Positions 29,651-41,353 are shown, counted from the first letter of the stretch. The stretch: DNA of 64,000 nt from Opitutaceae bacterium (GCA_049428505.1 JBMTAG010000001.1:13154-77153); one strand, 5' to 3'. The notes: generated by a model not told the origin, from the sequence alone. A program made the numbers and translations.

Positions 29651-30496
29651 ATGACGCTGCCCTTCACCGACCGCATCTGGCTCTGGCTGGCGGCGGGCCT
29701 TTATCTGGCGGGATTCATCCAGGGGTCGATCGCCCTCTTCCGGCGCGGCCGGCCGGCCGGCGGCGCGACCTACGCGCTCATCCTGCTCGGTTACCTCGCC
29801 CAGCTCGCGGGCCTCGGGCTGCGCGGTCGCGCGGTGGGCGGCTGCCCCCTGGGCAACGCCTTCGAACTCTACCAGTTCACCGCGTGGTCCGCGATCACGC
29901 TCTACCTGGTGGTCGGAGCGACCTTCCGGCTCAGTCTCCTCGGCTATTTCACCGCCTGCCTCGCGTCGGTGGTGACCCTGGTCTCGCTGCTGTTTCCCAG
30001 CTGGGACGCGGGCCCGCGCGTGCGGATCTTCGGCCATAATCCCTGGATCGAGCTGCACGCGGCGCTCGCGGTCTTCAGCTACGGGGTCTTCGCGCTGCTC
30101 GCGCTGACGTCGCTGATGTTCCTGCTCCGCCATTTCTCCCTGAAGTCGAAGCGGCTGGGCGGCTGGTTCTCGTTCCTCCCCTCCATTCGCGATCTGGACC
30201 ACATGGGCTTGCGGCTGCTCGCCGCCGGGGCGGCGATCCTGGGGTTTGCGGTCGCGGTCGGCGCGGTGCACTGGGCGCGCCCGGGAACGGTCGTGAACCT
30301 GGAGAAGGTCCTGGTGACGGTGTCCGTGGCCGGGGCTGCGTTCGTGCTGCTGTTGCTCCGGCTGCGCGGCATCCTTCTCGCCCGCCGGTTCGCGCTCGCC
30401 TGCCTGGTGCTCTACGCGGCCGCGCTGCTTTCGCTCGTCACGGTGGAACCGGGCCGCGGCCGCGGCCCGGTCCATCCGGTCCCAGCTGCCCGATGA
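29651..30496 (+). CDS. cytochrome c assembly (CcsA/HemX-like) family membrane protein
   Basis: Polytopic membrane protein with about 8 hydrophobic segments. It lies immediately upstream of hemA and overlaps it (ATGA), as HemX-like genes do in hemA operons. Confidence 0.6.
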   Translation: MTLPFTDRIWLWLAAGLYLAGFIQGSIALFRRGRPAGGATYALILLGYLAQLAGLGLRGRAVGGCPLGNAFELYQFTAWSAITLYLVVGATFRLSLLGYFTACLASVVTLVSLLFPSWDAGPRVRIFGHNPWIELHAALAVFSYGVFALLALTSLMFLLRHFSLKSKRLGGWFSFLPSIRDLDHMGLRLLAAGAAILGFAVAVGAVHWARPGTVVNLEKVLVTVSVAGAAFVLLLLRLRGILLARRFALACLVLYAAALLSLVTVEPGRGRGPVHPVPAAR

Positions 30497-31596
30497 GCAC
30501 CGGTCATCTCTTCGTGGTCGGGGCGACGCACCACCGCACGCCCATCGAGGTCCGGGAGCGCCTGGCGCTCGACGCGGACGGGGCGACCGTGCTCCGCGAC
30601 CAGCTCGCCGCGCTGCCGGGACTGCGGGAGTTCACGGTACTCAGCACCTGCAACCGCATCGAGTTCTACGGGGTCGCGGCGAGCCCCGAAGTCGCCGAGC
30701 AGGTGGGCGGGGCCTTCTGCCGGCGGCAGAATTTCGACCCGGCCGAGTTCGCCCGCTTCCGGCTGGACCTGCGCGATGCGGCCGCGCTGCAGCATCTGGT
30801 CGAGGTCGCCGCCGGCCTCGATTCGCAGATGCTGGGGGAGACGGAGATCTTCGGGCAGATGAAGCAGGCCTACGCCGCCGCCCAGGCCGCGGGGAACACC
30901 GGGCCGGTGCTCAACCGCGCGTTCCAGAAGGCATTCCAGGCGGCCAAGCAGGTGCGCACGCAGACCGCGATCACGACGGGCCAGGTGAGCGTCGCGAACG
31001 TGGCGGTCGAGCTCGCGGGCACGATCTTCGGCGGGCTCTCCGACGCGCGCATCCTCCTGCTCGGCGCGGGGGAGATCGGCGAGAAGACGGCGAAGGCGTT
31101 CCAGAGCCGCGGCGCCGCCTCCCTCACCGTCGCAAGCCGCCGGCTGGAGCGCGCGATGGAGCTCGCGACGACCCTCGGCGCCAGCGCCCTGCCCTTCGAG
31201 CAGCGGGAGTCCCGCCTCGCCGAGTTCGACATCGTGGTGTGCGCGACGTCGGCCCCGGACATCATCCTGCCCCGCGCCGCGGTGCGCGCGGCGATGGCCC
31301 GCCGGCCCGCCCGGCCGCTCTTCCTCATCGACCAGGCGCTGCCCCGCGACATCGATCCCGCGGTGGCCGAGCTGGAGAACGTGTTCCTCTACAACCTCGA
31401 TGACCTCGCGCGGATCGCGGAGGAAAACCGCGCCGCGCGCGAGGCCGAGACGCTGAAGGGCCGCGCCATCGCCGGCGAGAAGGCCCGGGCGCTCTGGCAG
31501 CAGGTCGCGGCCCAGGTCACCACCGCCGCCGGCTCCGGCCCCGCCCGTGAGCCGGCCCGGCCGGACACCGCCACGTCGGTTTCCGAGACCCGTTAG
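30493..31596 (+). CDS. hemA: glutamyl-tRNA reductase
   Basis: HHRTPIEVRE, active-site STCNRIEFY, GLDSQMLGETEIFGQMK, and the NADPH site LLLGAGEIGE. Confidence 0.9.
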   Translation: MSTGHLFVVGATHHRTPIEVRERLALDADGATVLRDQLAALPGLREFTVLSTCNRIEFYGVAASPEVAEQVGGAFCRRQNFDPAEFARFRLDLRDAAALQHLVEVAAGLDSQMLGETEIFGQMKQAYAAAQAAGNTGPVLNRAFQKAFQAAKQVRTQTAITTGQVSVANVAVELAGTIFGGLSDARILLLGAGEIGEKTAKAFQSRGAASLTVASRRLERAMELATTLGASALPFEQRESRLAEFDIVVCATSAPDIILPRAAVRAAMARRPARPLFLIDQALPRDIDPAVAELENVFLYNLDDLARIAEENRAAREAETLKGRAIAGEKARALWQQVAAQVTTAAGSGPAREPARPDTATSVSETR

Positions 31597-32768
31597 CGCC
31601 CCTCGGCCGCGGCCAGCTGGCGCGCCAGCCAGCCCGCCGCGTCGCCCCCCGCGGGCGCCGCCAGGATCGCGCGCAACCGCCGGGCATGCGCCGCCGTGGC
31701 CTCCCGCCGCCGCGGATCGTCCGCGCAGCGCCGCAGTTCCGCCGCGAGGGCGCGCGCCGTCGCCCGCCCCTGGATGAACTCCGGGTACATCTCCTCGCCC
31801 AACAGCAGGTTCGCGATGCCCAGGTAAGGAACCCGGACGAGCATCCGGCCGAGGACGTACGTCACCGGGTGGGCCCGATAGGCGATCGCGCCGGGAATTC
31901 CGGCCAGGGCGCACTGGAGCGACATCGTCCCGCTGGACATCAAAACGGCCGAGGCGCCCACGGGAGGCGCGGCCCCGCGGGGGACCTCCCGCACCGCGAT
32001 CCCAGCGTGGGGTTCCGCCGCCGTGAGCAACCGGCTGACACTCCCGCCGGGATGCAGCGCGATCGCCTCCGCCCGACCCGAGGCGCGGAAGCCGGCAACC
32101 AACCGGGGATAGATCCGCGCGACCGCCTGGCGGCGGCTGCCCGGCAACAGGAGCACGGGGCCCGCGGGATCCACGGCGACCGGCGCGCCATGCTCCGGAT
32201 CGAGGAAGGGATGCCCGACGAATTCCACGGGCAACGACGTGTCGGCATAGCACCCCGGCTCGAAGGGAAAGATGACGGCCAGCGCGTCGAGGTCGCGCGC
32301 CATGGTGAAGCGGCGCCGCGCCTTCCACGCCCAGATCTGCGGGGAGATGTAGTAGACGATCCGCACGTCCCCGCCCCCGGCCCGCGAGATGCCCTGTTCC
32401 CGCAGCGCGGCGGCGAGCCGCAGGTTCAGCCCGGGGTAGTCGACCAGGCAAACCACCTTGGGCTGGTGCTCCCGGATCCACGCGACCAGGGCCGCGAAGA
32501 GCCGCCGGAAGTAGCCGTAGTTGCGCAACACCTCGACCAGTCCGACCACGGACGAGGCGGTGAGGTCGTGCAGCAACTGGGCTCCCGCCGTGCGCAACCG
32601 CTCCCCGCCGAGGGCCGCGACCCTCCGGCCCGGCTCCGCCCGGAGCAAACGGGCCACCATCCGCCCCGCGTGCTCATCCCCCGAATGTTCGCCGGCCAGC
32701 ACCAGCACATCCGGGCGTCCCCCGAGCGGCGGAGGTAAGGGGAAGCTCACGTCAGGCTGCCGCGACAC
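31593..32768 (-). CDS. lpxB: lipid-A-disaccharide synthase
   Basis: VLVLAGEHSGDEHAG, VDYPGLNLRLA, YYISPQIWAWKARR, LLPGSR. There is no in-frame ATG near the N-terminus; the start is taken as GTG 32768 (alternative GTG 32750). Confidence 0.8.
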   Translation of the reverse strand: MSRQPDVSFPLPPPLGGRPDVLVLAGEHSGDEHAGRMVARLLRAEPGRRVAALGGERLRTAGAQLLHDLTASSVVGLVEVLRNYGYFRRLFAALVAWIREHQPKVVCLVDYPGLNLRLAAALREQGISRAGGGDVRIVYYISPQIWAWKARRRFTMARDLDALAVIFPFEPGCYADTSLPVEFVGHPFLDPEHGAPVAVDPAGPVLLLPGSRRQAVARIYPRLVAGFRASGRAEAIALHPGGSVSRLLTAAEPHAGIAVREVPRGAAPPVGASAVLMSSGTMSLQCALAGIPGAIAYRAHPVTYVLGRMLVRVPYLGIANLLLGEEMYPEFIQGRATARALAAELRRCADDPRRREATAAHARRLRAILAAPAGGDAAGWLARQLAAAEGR

Positions 32769-32781
32769 GACCAGGGGGGCT

Positions 32782-33765
32782 TCAGGCCGCGGATTCCGCC
32801 GCGCGGATCTGCTCGGTGATCGCGAGGGCCACTTCGAGGGCGCTCTTGCCCAACGCGGCGCCGACCTTGGGTTGGCTGGCCCGCGCCACGCTTTCCACGA
32901 AATGCGCCAGCTCAAGGGCCAGCGGCTCCCCTTTTTCGATGGGAATTTCCCGCACCGGGACGGCTTCCCCACCCTTGAGTTCCCCCGCGCGGACCCGGAT
33001 GGCGTGCGCGACCAGATCCTCCCGCCGCACGAGGTGGCCGGCCTGGTGCATGAAATCGAGCGAGAGGTAGGCGTCCTCCTGGAAGATGCGGATCTCGCGC
33101 GCCTTCTTGGCGCTCATCCGGCTGGCGCTGAGGTTCGCGACGCAGCCGTCGGCGAACTGCAGCCGCGCGTTGGCGATGTCCTCACTGCGGGAGAGCACCC
33201 GCACGCCCACGCTGTCGATCCGCGTGAGCGGGGCCTTGACCAGCGCGAGGACGATCCCGATGTCGTGGATCATCAGGTCCAGGACCACGCCCACCTCCGT
33301 GCCGCGCGGCTGGTAGGGGGCGAGCCGCTCCGCGGTGAGGTAGCGCGGCCGGCGAATCTCTCCCTCGAGGAACGCCATGACCGGGTTGAAATGCTCGATG
33401 TGGCCGACCTGCACGATGCGCCCGGCCTCCCGCGCCGCCGCAAGCACCTGCTCGGCCTCGGCCAGCGAGGCGCAAAGCGGCTTCTCAATCAGGAGATGAC
33501 TGCCCCCGGCCAGCAGCTGGAGCGCCACCTCCGCGTGCAGGTCCGTGGGTACCACGACGGAAACCGCGTCACAGGCGGCCCCCAGCGCGGCGAGGTCGGG
33601 GAACACGCGCCCGCCGTGGCGGCCGGCGACCTCCGCGGCGCGCCGCGCGTCCGCGTCGAACACGCCGACGAACTCCACCCCGGGCAGCGCCGCGTAGATG
33701 CGCGCGTGGTGCTGGCCGAGCGAGCCCACCCCCGCCACGCCGCACCGGATCTTGCTGGGAACCAT
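32782..33765 (-). CDS. Gfo/Idh/MocA-family oxidoreductase
   Basis: Internal ATG of ORF 32782..33873. IRCGVAGVGSLGQHHARIY is the Rossmann start, and LLIEKPL is the family EKP motif. Confidence 0.8.
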   Translation of the reverse strand: MVPSKIRCGVAGVGSLGQHHARIYAALPGVEFVGVFDADARRAAEVAGRHGGRVFPDLAALGAACDAVSVVVPTDLHAEVALQLLAGGSHLLIEKPLCASLAEAEQVLAAAREAGRIVQVGHIEHFNPVMAFLEGEIRRPRYLTAERLAPYQPRGTEVGVVLDLMIHDIGIVLALVKAPLTRIDSVGVRVLSRSEDIANARLQFADGCVANLSASRMSAKKAREIRIFQEDAYLSLDFMHQAGHLVRREDLVAHAIRVRAGELKGGEAVPVREIPIEKGEPLALELAHFVESVARASQPKVGAALGKSALEVALAITEQIRAAESAA

Positions 33766-33811
33766 GGGCGGACCGTAGCGGACCGCCCCCCGGGCGCCAT
33801 CCGAAAGCGCT

Positions 33812-34465
33812 TCAGCGCAGGATGCCCTCGTGGAGGGTGCGGGTGCTCCCGCAGCGGGCCGCGTGCGCCGCATTGTGCGTGACGAGCACGAGGCCGGTGC
33901 CGGTCGCGGCGCAGAGGCCGACCAGCAGGTCGATGACGGCCTCGCCGGTGTGCTCGTCCAGGTTGCCCGTGGGCTCGTCGGCCAGCAGGAGCCGCGGACG
34001 GTTCATCAGCGCCCGCGCGACCGCGACCCGCTGACGTTCGCCGCCCGACAGTTGGGCAGGCAAATGCCGCGCGCGCCCGGCGAGACCGACCTGGCCGAGG
34101 AGGGCCTCCGCCCGCTGCCTCGTCGCCGCGTCCGGTGCGCCGAGCATGCGCGCCGCCAGCAGGACGTTGCCGAGCGCGTCCAGCTCGGGCACGAGGTGGA
34201 ACGACTGGAACACCAGGCCGAGGTAACGGCTCCGGCGGCCGGGATCCGGCGCCGCGGCGCCCCAGCGGATCCAGCCGACGTCGGGGACGTCGAGTCCGGC
34301 CAGCAGGTGGAGCAGCGTGGACTTGCCCGACCCGGACTCGCCGCGGATCGCCAGGCTCTCGCCCGCGCCGAGGGTGAGATCGACCGCGCGGAGCACCGGA
34401 ATCCGCGCGGCGCCGCTGCCGAAGGCCTTCGCCACGCCGCCCGCCTCGAGGATCAGCTCACTCAC
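33812..34465 (-). CDS. ABC transporter ATP-binding protein (LolD/MacB-like)
   Basis: Walker A GESGSGKST, signature LSGGERQR, Walker B LLLADEPTG. Confidence 0.85.
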   Translation of the reverse strand: MSELILEAGGVAKAFGSGAARIPVLRAVDLTLGAGESLAIRGESGSGKSTLLHLLAGLDVPDVGWIRWGAAAPDPGRRSRYLGLVFQSFHLVPELDALGNVLLAARMLGAPDAATRQRAEALLGQVGLAGRARHLPAQLSGGERQRVAVARALMNRPRLLLADEPTGNLDEHTGEAVIDLLVGLCAATGTGLVLVTHNAAHAARCGSTRTLHEGILR

Positions 34466-35687
34466 TGCGCAGCGCCTCCACGGGCTTGAGCCGGCTTGCG
34501 CGCCAGGCCGGCAGCAATCCGGCCAGGGTCGAGATGGCGATTGCCGCCACCACGGTCAGGATCAGGTCGGCGGGGAGCGTGTGGGCGGGCAGGTCGGTGA
34601 AGTGGTAGAACTGGCGCAGCGTCTCCTCCCGCCCCAGCCCGCGGGCGATCAGCCGCACAAGTTCGTTGCGCCACGCCAGCACCGTGAAGCCGCCGGCCAG
34701 CCCGAGCAGCGTGCCGCTGACCCCGATCAGGAAGGCCTGCGCGCAGAAGCAGAGCGCGACGCCCCGGCGGCTCGCGCCCAGCGCGCCCAACAGGCCGATC
34801 TCCCGGGTTTTGCGCACGACGGAGATCAGCAGCGAGCTCATGACCGAGAAGGCGGCGATCACCACGATGAAGAGCAGCAGGAACGCGGTGATCGTCTTCT
34901 CCAGGTTCAGCACCCAGAGGAAGCTTTCCCACTTCCGCGTCCAGGGCAGCGCCTCGATCCCCGGTGGAAGGACGCGGCTGACCGCCGGCAGGGCGGCCAC
35001 CTCGTCCCGGCCGGGTGCCAGGCGCACGTTGATGCCATGCACCGCACGGCCGAGGCCGTAGAGCTCCTGCGCGGCCCGCAGCGTCGTGAAGGCCAGGCTG
35101 CTGTCGAGGTGCTGGTGACCGATCTCGAAGAGACCAACCACCCGGAAACGCCGCGGCAGGATCACCTCGTCCTGCTTCAGCCGCTCGAACAGCAGGGGGG
35201 AGTAAAGTTCGATCACGGTACCCACGCCGGCCCCCAGCTGTTCCGCCACCTGCCAGCTCAGGATCACGGAGTCATCATCCAGCTCCTCGAGGCTCCCGAC
35301 GCGCACGTAGCGCCCCAGCTCGGCGACGCTCCCCACGGAGAGCGGATCGAGGCCGCGCAGGAGCGGGAAGGCGGGGCGGCCCGCGGCAAGGGCGGCCACC
35401 GGGCCTTCCACGAAGGGCGACGCGCCAGCCACCCCGGGAGCGCCCCGGATGGCCGCGAGCACCGCCGCAGGGTCGTCGATCAGCCCCCGCGCCTTCACCT
35501 GGATCTCCCCTTCCGTCCGCACGATCATGCGCCGGATCTCATGCCCGAAGCCGCCCATCACGCTCGTCACGATCACGAGCACGCCGACCCCGAGCGCGAC
35601 GCCCAGCACGGAGATCGCCGTGAAGAACGGGAAGCGGCGCCCGGCGGGGAACAGCTGGCGGAGGGCGAGGTAGAGGTACCAGGGCAT
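34458..35687 (-). CDS. ABC transporter permease, LolC/LolE (FtsX-like) family
   Basis: MPWYLYLALRQLFP...FFTAISVLGVALGVGVLVIV, a periplasmic MacB-like domain, and a C-terminal FtsX segment REIGLLGALGASRR. It overlaps the ATPase gene by 8 nt. Confidence 0.85.
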   Translation of the reverse strand: MPWYLYLALRQLFPAGRRFPFFTAISVLGVALGVGVLVIVTSVMGGFGHEIRRMIVRTEGEIQVKARGLIDDPAAVLAAIRGAPGVAGASPFVEGPVAALAAGRPAFPLLRGLDPLSVGSVAELGRYVRVGSLEELDDDSVILSWQVAEQLGAGVGTVIELYSPLLFERLKQDEVILPRRFRVVGLFEIGHQHLDSSLAFTTLRAAQELYGLGRAVHGINVRLAPGRDEVAALPAVSRVLPPGIEALPWTRKWESFLWVLNLEKTITAFLLLFIVVIAAFSVMSSLLISVVRKTREIGLLGALGASRRGVALCFCAQAFLIGVSGTLLGLAGGFTVLAWRNELVRLIARGLGREETLRQFYHFTDLPAHTLPADLILTVVAAIAISTLAGLLPAWRASRLKPVEALRSE

Positions 35688-35712
35688 CGGGAGGCGCGCG
35701 CGGCGTCCGCGC

Positions 35713-37197
35713 TCAACTCCCTCCCGGGCGCAGCTGCGGGAACAGGATCACATCGCGGATGCTCTCCGCCCCGGTGAGCAAAATGCAGAGCCGGTCGATG
35801 CCAATGCCCATCCCGCCCGCGGGGGGCATGCCGTGTTCGAGGGCGAGGAGAAAGTCCTGGTCGATGTTCTGGCGTTCCTCCCCGGCCTGACGCTCGAACA
35901 TCTCCCGCTGCACATCGGGGTCATTCTGCTCGGAATAGGCGGGGGCGACCTCCATGCCGCCGATGATCAACTCGAAGACGTCGATCGTGCTCGGGTCGTC
36001 CGCCGTCAGCTTCGCGAGCGGGCAAAGTTCACGCGGCAGGTGCGTCACGAACGTCGGCTGGATCAGCGTGGGCTCGATCCGCTTGGAGAAGATCTCGTTG
36101 GTGATCTCGAACTCCTCCCACGCCGGATTGACCCCGAGGCCGAGACGCTCGGCCCCGGCGATCTTCTCGGCCTTGGAGCGACCAAACCAGTCGGCGTCAC
36201 CCGTGGCCTCGCGGATGAGGTCCTTGTACCGGACCTCGCGCCACGGGGCGCCGAAGTCGATGTCCTGGCCGCTCGGCGCGTGCCGGAGCCGAAGGCTGCC
36301 ATCCGCCGGCCGGACCACCTCGCGCACGAGCGATTCGAGCAAATCCCTCACCAGCTGCATCATGCCGCGGAAATCGGAGTAGGCCTGATAGACCTCCAGC
36401 ATCGTGAACTCGGGGTTGTGTTTCCGGGAAACCCCCTCGTTGCGGAAGATCCGCCCGATCTCAAAGACCCGGTCGAAGCCACCCACCAGCATCCGCTTGA
36501 GGCGCAGCTCGGTCGCGATCCGCAGGAAGAAGTCAGCGCCGAGCGCGTTGTGGTGAGTCTTGAAGGGTCGCGCCGCCGCCCCGCCGGGCGTCGCCTCCAG
36601 CACCGGGGTCTCCAGCTCGAGGAAGCGCCGGTCCTCGAGGAAGCGCCGGATGTGCGACACGATCCGCGGCCGGAGCAGCAGCCGCGCGCGCGATTCCGCG
36701 TTCACGATCACGTCGAGGTAGCGCTGGCGGTAGACCTGCTCCGGGTCGCTCAGCCCGTGCCACTTCTCGGGCAGGGGCCGCAGCGCCTTGGCGAGCAGCA
36801 CGAAGCCATCGACCTTAACCGTGATCTCCCCGGACTTGGTGGTGAACAGCGTGCCCTCGGCACCGATGATGTCGCCGAGGTCCAGGCGCTTGAAGGCCGC
36901 GTAGGCCACCTCCCCCACGACGTCCCGCTTGAGGTAGAGCTGGATCGGCCCGTCCTGGTCGAGGACCTTGACGAACTGGCTCTTGCCCATGTCCCGGATC
37001 GTCACGAGCCGGCCGGCGACCGCCACCTTGACCGTGTAATCCTGCCCGGGGACGTGGGCCCGCAGGGCCTGGGCGGAGGAGTGCGTGGGCGCGAAGCTCG
37101 CGCGGAACGGATCCGTGCCCGCGGCGCGGAGTTCCGCCAGCTTCTGGCGGCGGACGGCGTGTTGGTCGTGAGACTGGTCGGGTTGGGCGTCGGACAT
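35713..37197 (-). CDS. lysS: lysine--tRNA ligase (class II)
   Basis: Internal ATG of ORF 35713..37278. OB anticodon-binding part [18 protein letters not shown], and class II motifs [14 protein letters not shown]...[19 protein letters not shown]. Confidence 0.95.
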   Translation of the reverse strand: MSDAQPDQSHDQHAVRRQKLAELRAAGTDPFRASFAPTHSSAQALRAHVPGQDYTVKVAVAGRLVTIRDMGKSQFVKVLDQDGPIQLYLKRDVVGEVAYAAFKRLDLGDIIGAEGTLFTTKSGEITVKVDGFVLLAKALRPLPEKWHGLSDPEQVYRQRYLDVIVNAESRARLLLRPRIVSHIRRFLEDRRFLELETPVLEATPGGAAARPFKTHHNALGADFFLRIATELRLKRMLVGGFDRVFEIGRIFRNEGVSRKHNPEFTMLEVYQAYSDFRGMMQLVRDLLESLVREVVRPADGSLRLRHAPSGQDIDFGAPWREVRYKDLIREATGDADWFGRSKAEKIAGAERLGLGVNPAWEEFEITNEIFSKRIEPTLIQPTFVTHLPRELCPLAKLTADDPSTIDVFELIIGGMEVAPAYSEQNDPDVQREMFERQAGEERQNIDQDFLLALEHGMPPAGGMGIGIDRLCILLTGAESIRDVILFPQLRPGGS

Positions 37198-37294
37198 CGG
37201 AACGGGGGGGCACCGTGGGCTCCGCCCGGGCGGGGGGCAAACGCAATTTCCCGGGGCGCTTGCCTCCCGACCGCGCACCCGCCACGGTCGGCGC

Positions 37295-38623
37295 GTGAAG
37301 CTTTCGCGCGCGCCCTACGTCGCCAGCCGTGTTCCCCTTTCCCGCCGGAGCTTCCTGCGCTCCGCCGGCATCGGCTTGTCGCTGCCGCTGCTCCAGGCGA
37401 TGTCCCCCGTGCTCGGCCGCGCCGCGCCCCTCCCGGGACCTGCGCCCGGCGCGCCCCGGCGGATGCTCGCGATCTGCAACAACCTCGGCCTGCTCGCCGA
37501 CCAGTTCTTTCCCACGGAGGCCGGGGCCGGGTACCCGGCGTCCCCCTACCTGCGCCTGCTCGACGAGCACCGCGCGGACTTCTCGGTCTTCAGCGGCGTC
37601 TCCCACCCGAACGTCGACGGCGGGCATCCGGCCGATGTTTGCTTCCTGACCGCCGCCCCGCACCCCGGCAGCAGTTCCTTCCGCAACACCATCTCCCTCG
37701 ATCAGGTCATCGCGGAGCAGATCGGCACCCTTACCCGCTTTCCCTCGCTGACGCTCGGCGTCAACACCCGCACCCGCAGCCTGTCCTGGACTGGCAGCGG
37801 GGTCGCCATCCCCCCCGAGGACAAGGCGGCGGACGTGTTCCGCCAGCTGTTCCTGCAGGGTTCCGCGGCCGAGGTGAGCGCGCAGCTGCGCCGGCTCGAC
37901 ACCGGCCGCAGCATCCTCGACGCCGTGGCCGGCCAGGCCAGCGCCCTCCGCCGCAACCTTCCCGCCCCGGACCGCGAGCGTCTTGAGCAGTATTTCACCA
38001 GCGTGCGCGAGCTGGAGCAGCGGCTGCAGGCCTCGCGCGACTGGGAGCAGCGCCCCAAGCCGGCGGTCAGCGTGCCCGTGCCGATCGACCCGGCCAACCC
38101 CGCCGCCTACATGGAGAAGGTGCGCGTCATGTACGACCTCGCGCGACTCGCCTTCGAGACCGACTCCACCCGCGCCGTCACCCTGATGCTCGACGGCGTG
38201 AGCACCCCCGCGCTGGAGCTGGCGGACGCCACCCTGACCGACGGGTACCACAACCTCTCGCACCACGGGAAGTCGGAGAAGAAGCGGGGCGAGCTGCGCC
38301 GGATCGACGAGTGGCACATGCGCCTGCTCGCCAAGCTGCTGGCCGACCTGAAGGCGACGCGGGAGGACGGGCGTCCGCTGCTCGACCGGACGATGGTCCT
38401 CTACGGCTCCAATTTCGGCGACGCCAACGCCCACACCTGCTTCAACCTGCCGACGTTGCTCGCCGGGGGCGGATTCCGCCACGGCCGCCACCACGCATTC
38501 AGCACCGCCCACAACTACCCGTTGCCGAACCTCTACGTCTCCATGCTGCAGCGCATGGGCATTCCCGCCGAGCGCTTCGCCTCCTCCACGGGCACGCTGC
38601 GCGGACTCGAGTTCGCCGGATGA
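37295..38623 (+). CDS. DUF1552-family protein with twin-arginine signal
   Basis: GTG start. Tat-like [18 protein letters not shown]. The C-terminal motifs [10 protein letters not shown] and [11 protein letters not shown] are typical of the DUF1552 family paired with DUF1592-type proteins. Confidence 0.75.
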   Translation: MKLSRAPYVASRVPLSRRSFLRSAGIGLSLPLLQAMSPVLGRAAPLPGPAPGAPRRMLAICNNLGLLADQFFPTEAGAGYPASPYLRLLDEHRADFSVFSGVSHPNVDGGHPADVCFLTAAPHPGSSSFRNTISLDQVIAEQIGTLTRFPSLTLGVNTRTRSLSWTGSGVAIPPEDKAADVFRQLFLQGSAAEVSAQLRRLDTGRSILDAVAGQASALRRNLPAPDRERLEQYFTSVRELEQRLQASRDWEQRPKPAVSVPVPIDPANPAAYMEKVRVMYDLARLAFETDSTRAVTLMLDGVSTPALELADATLTDGYHNLSHHGKSEKKRGELRRIDEWHMRLLAKLLADLKATREDGRPLLDRTMVLYGSNFGDANAHTCFNLPTLLAGGGFRHGRHHAFSTAHNYPLPNLYVSMLQRMGIPAERFASSTGTLRGLEFAG

Positions 38624-41322
38624 GACGCGCGGTGTTGGGACTGCTGGCCACGCTCCTGGGCGCGGCCGTCGCCGGGGCGGCGCTGCCCCCCGCCGCGGCC
38701 GCCTTCATCGAGCGGCACTGCGCGGGTTGCCACGACGACGTTGAACGCAAGGGCGGGCTCGATCTCGGCGCGCTGCGGCTGGAGGCCGCGAGCCCCGGGG
38801 ACCTGGCGCGCTGGGCCCGGATCCACGACCGCGCGGCAGCCGGCGAGATGCCGCCGGAAAACAAGGCCCGCCCCGAACCCGCCGCGCTCGCCGCCTTCCT
38901 GCGCGAACTGGGCGGGGCGCTGCGGACCGCCGAGGCGCAACGGATCGCGACCGCCGGCCGCAGCGGATCGCGCCGCCTCAACGCCCTCGAATACGAGAAT
39001 GCCGTCCGGGACCTCCTCTCCGCCCCCTGGCTCCAGCTCCGCGGCCAGTTTCCCGAGGACGGCGAGGCGCATCGGTACAACAAGGCGGCCTCCGCCCTCG
39101 ACGTCTCCCACGTCCACCTCGCCCGCTACCTCAGCGCCGCCGACCATGCCTTTCGCCAGGTCCTGAGCGTGCGGTACGCCCTCCCGCCCACCTCCCTCTC
39201 CCGTCACTACGCCCGCGATCAGCGCACCCTCACCGGCAAGTTCAGCGGCAGCATCTTCAACTCCTCGCCGGACCGGATGACCTACCCGCTCCTGGACCTG
39301 ACCACGCCGCAGCCCGAAGTCCGGCGCCTGCAGGCGCCGCTGACCGCGGGACCTGCTGACCCGGCGCTGCGGGAACGCGAGGCCGTCGGCTGGGTTTCCA
39401 GCAACTACGTCACCGGCTTCACGTACCGCTGGGACGGATTCCGCGCCCCGGTGGCCGGCCGCTACCGGATCCGCTTCAGCGGCCATACCCTCTGGACCGC
39501 CCCGGGCGGCATCGCGCAGCGTTACGCGGACGAATCGGATCGCCGGGGCACCCCGCGCCCGCCGAACCCCAACGTGCCGAACTACGACCTGCTTTCCCCG
39601 GGACGCACCGTCGAGCCGATCACCGTGTACACGCGCAACGGCGTGCTCAACCGCCGGGTCGGCGGCTTCGATCTCACGCCGGAGCCCGCCGTGCACGACC
39701 TCGGCGAGATTTGGCTGCTGGCCAACGAGACGCTCGTCCCGGACGCCTCCCGGTTCTACCGCTCGCGGCCGAACAACTTCCGCAATCCGCTGATGACGCC
39801 CGAGGGCACGCCGAGCGTCGCCTTCCGGTGGATGGAGGTCGAGGGTCCCCTGCGGGACGAGACGACGCTCGCCGGTTATCGGCTGCTCTTCGGGGACCTG
39901 CCGCTGCGTCCGGCCCGGCCCGGCGAGGGCGGCGTCGCCGTGCCGGTCGTCCGTCAACTCCCCCGGGCCGAGGGCGGCCGCAACCCCGGCCAGCGCGTGG
40001 AACCGCTCGGGGAGGAAAAGGTCGAGGTGGAGAGCGCGGACCCGGCCGGCGACGCGCGCCGCCTGCTGGCCAGCTTCGTGGCGCGCGCCTACCGCCGTCC
40101 GGTGCGACCCGGCGAGATCGACGCCTTCGCCGCCCTGTTCGACGAACGCCGGGCCGCCGGGCTCGGCTTCGCGGAGGCGCTGCTGGCCGCCTACACCGCC
40201 GTGCTTGCCTCCCCCGGGTTCCTCTTCCTCGAGGAGGCGCCCGGCCCTCTCGGCGGCCACGCCCTCGCCACCCGGCTCGCCCTGTTCCTCTGGAATTCGC
40301 CGCCCGACGCCCGCCTGCGTGCGCTCGCGGACTCCGGCGCCATCCGGGAGCCGGCCCAGCTGCGGGCGGAGACCGAGCGGCTGCTCGCGGATCCCCGCGC
40401 GGAGCGCTTCCGCGACGCGTTCCTCGATTACTGGCTCGACCTGCGCAAGATGGAGGACTCCACCCCCTCCACCACCCTCTACAACGATTACTACCTCGAC
40501 GATGCGCTGACGGAGGCCGCCACCGCGGAGACCCGGCTCTACTTCGCCGAGTTGCTCGCGCACAACCGCCCGGCCCGGCTGATCGCGGACGCCGATTTCA
40601 CCTACCTGAACGAGCGGCTCGCCCTCCACTACGGGATCAGCGGGGTCACCGGGATCGCGATGCGGCGCGTCCCGCTGCCCGCCGACAGTCCGCGCGGCGG
40701 CTTCCTGACGCAGGCCAGCGTGCTCAAGGTGACGGCCAACGGCACGACGACCTCGCCGGTCCTGCGCGGCAAGTGGATCGTCGAGCGGATCCTGGGCCTG
40801 GACATCCCGCCCCCGCCACCCGTCGCGGCCGTGGAGCCCGACATCCGCGGCGCGGTGACCATCCGGGAGCAACTCGCTCGGCACCGCGAGGATGCCTCCT
40901 GCGCCTCGTGCCATCGGAAGATGGACCCGCCCGGCTTCGCGCTCGAGAGCTTCGACGTGCTCGGCGGCTGGCGGGACCGCTACCGCGCGATCGCGGAGGA
41001 GAAGCCCGCACTCCGCGGCCTCGGCAAGAACGGCCAGCCCTTCGCCTTCCACCTCGCACTCCCGGTGGACGCGAGCGGCGAGCTGCCCGATGGCCGGCCG
41101 TTCCACGACATCCGCGAGTTCAAGCGCCTGATCCGGAGCGACGAGGAAGCGCTCGCGCGCAACTTCGCCCGGCAACTCCTGCTCTTCGCCACCGGCGCCC
41201 CGGCCCATTTCAGCGACCGCGACGAGGTCGAGCGCATCCTCGGGAAGGTCCGAGCCGAGGGCTACGGCCTGCGTTCCCTGGTCCACGCGGTCGTCGAGAG
41301 CCGCCTGTTCCGCGAGAAGTGA
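38620..41322 (+). CDS. DUF1592/DUF1588/DUF1585-type protein with two CxxCH motifs
   Basis: Internal ATG of ORF 38311..41322, overlapping the upstream stop (ATGA). Signal peptide, CAGCH at 38719-38733 and CASCH at 40900-40914. The layout is typical of PVC-group DUF1592-family partners of DUF1552. Confidence 0.75.
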   Translation: MRRAVLGLLATLLGAAVAGAALPPAAAAFIERHCAGCHDDVERKGGLDLGALRLEAASPGDLARWARIHDRAAAGEMPPENKARPEPAALAAFLRELGGALRTAEAQRIATAGRSGSRRLNALEYENAVRDLLSAPWLQLRGQFPEDGEAHRYNKAASALDVSHVHLARYLSAADHAFRQVLSVRYALPPTSLSRHYARDQRTLTGKFSGSIFNSSPDRMTYPLLDLTTPQPEVRRLQAPLTAGPADPALREREAVGWVSSNYVTGFTYRWDGFRAPVAGRYRIRFSGHTLWTAPGGIAQRYADESDRRGTPRPPNPNVPNYDLLSPGRTVEPITVYTRNGVLNRRVGGFDLTPEPAVHDLGEIWLLANETLVPDASRFYRSRPNNFRNPLMTPEGTPSVAFRWMEVEGPLRDETTLAGYRLLFGDLPLRPARPGEGGVAVPVVRQLPRAEGGRNPGQRVEPLGEEKVEVESADPAGDARRLLASFVARAYRRPVRPGEIDAFAALFDERRAAGLGFAEALLAAYTAVLASPGFLFLEEAPGPLGGHALATRLALFLWNSPPDARLRALADSGAIREPAQLRAETERLLADPRAERFRDAFLDYWLDLRKMEDSTPSTTLYNDYYLDDALTEAATAETRLYFAELLAHNRPARLIADADFTYLNERLALHYGISGVTGIAMRRVPLPADSPRGGFLTQASVLKVTANGTTTSPVLRGKWIVERILGLDIPPPPPVAAVEPDIRGAVTIREQLARHREDASCASCHRKMDPPGFALESFDVLGGWRDRYRAIAEEKPALRGLGKNGQPFAFHLALPVDASGELPDGRPFHDIREFKRLIRSDEEALARNFARQLLLFATGAPAHFSDRDEVERILGKVRAEGYGLRSLVHAVVESRLFREK

Positions 41323-41353
41323 CTGGCCACCCGCGCGGCACCGCCGCACCGGC

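Noticed and set aside
38533-41349. 938-aa ORF antisense to the DUF1592-type gene
   Set aside because: It is a shadow ORF that is Arg/Gly/Ala/Glu-rich and has no motifs. The sense strand has a signal peptide and CxxCH motifs.
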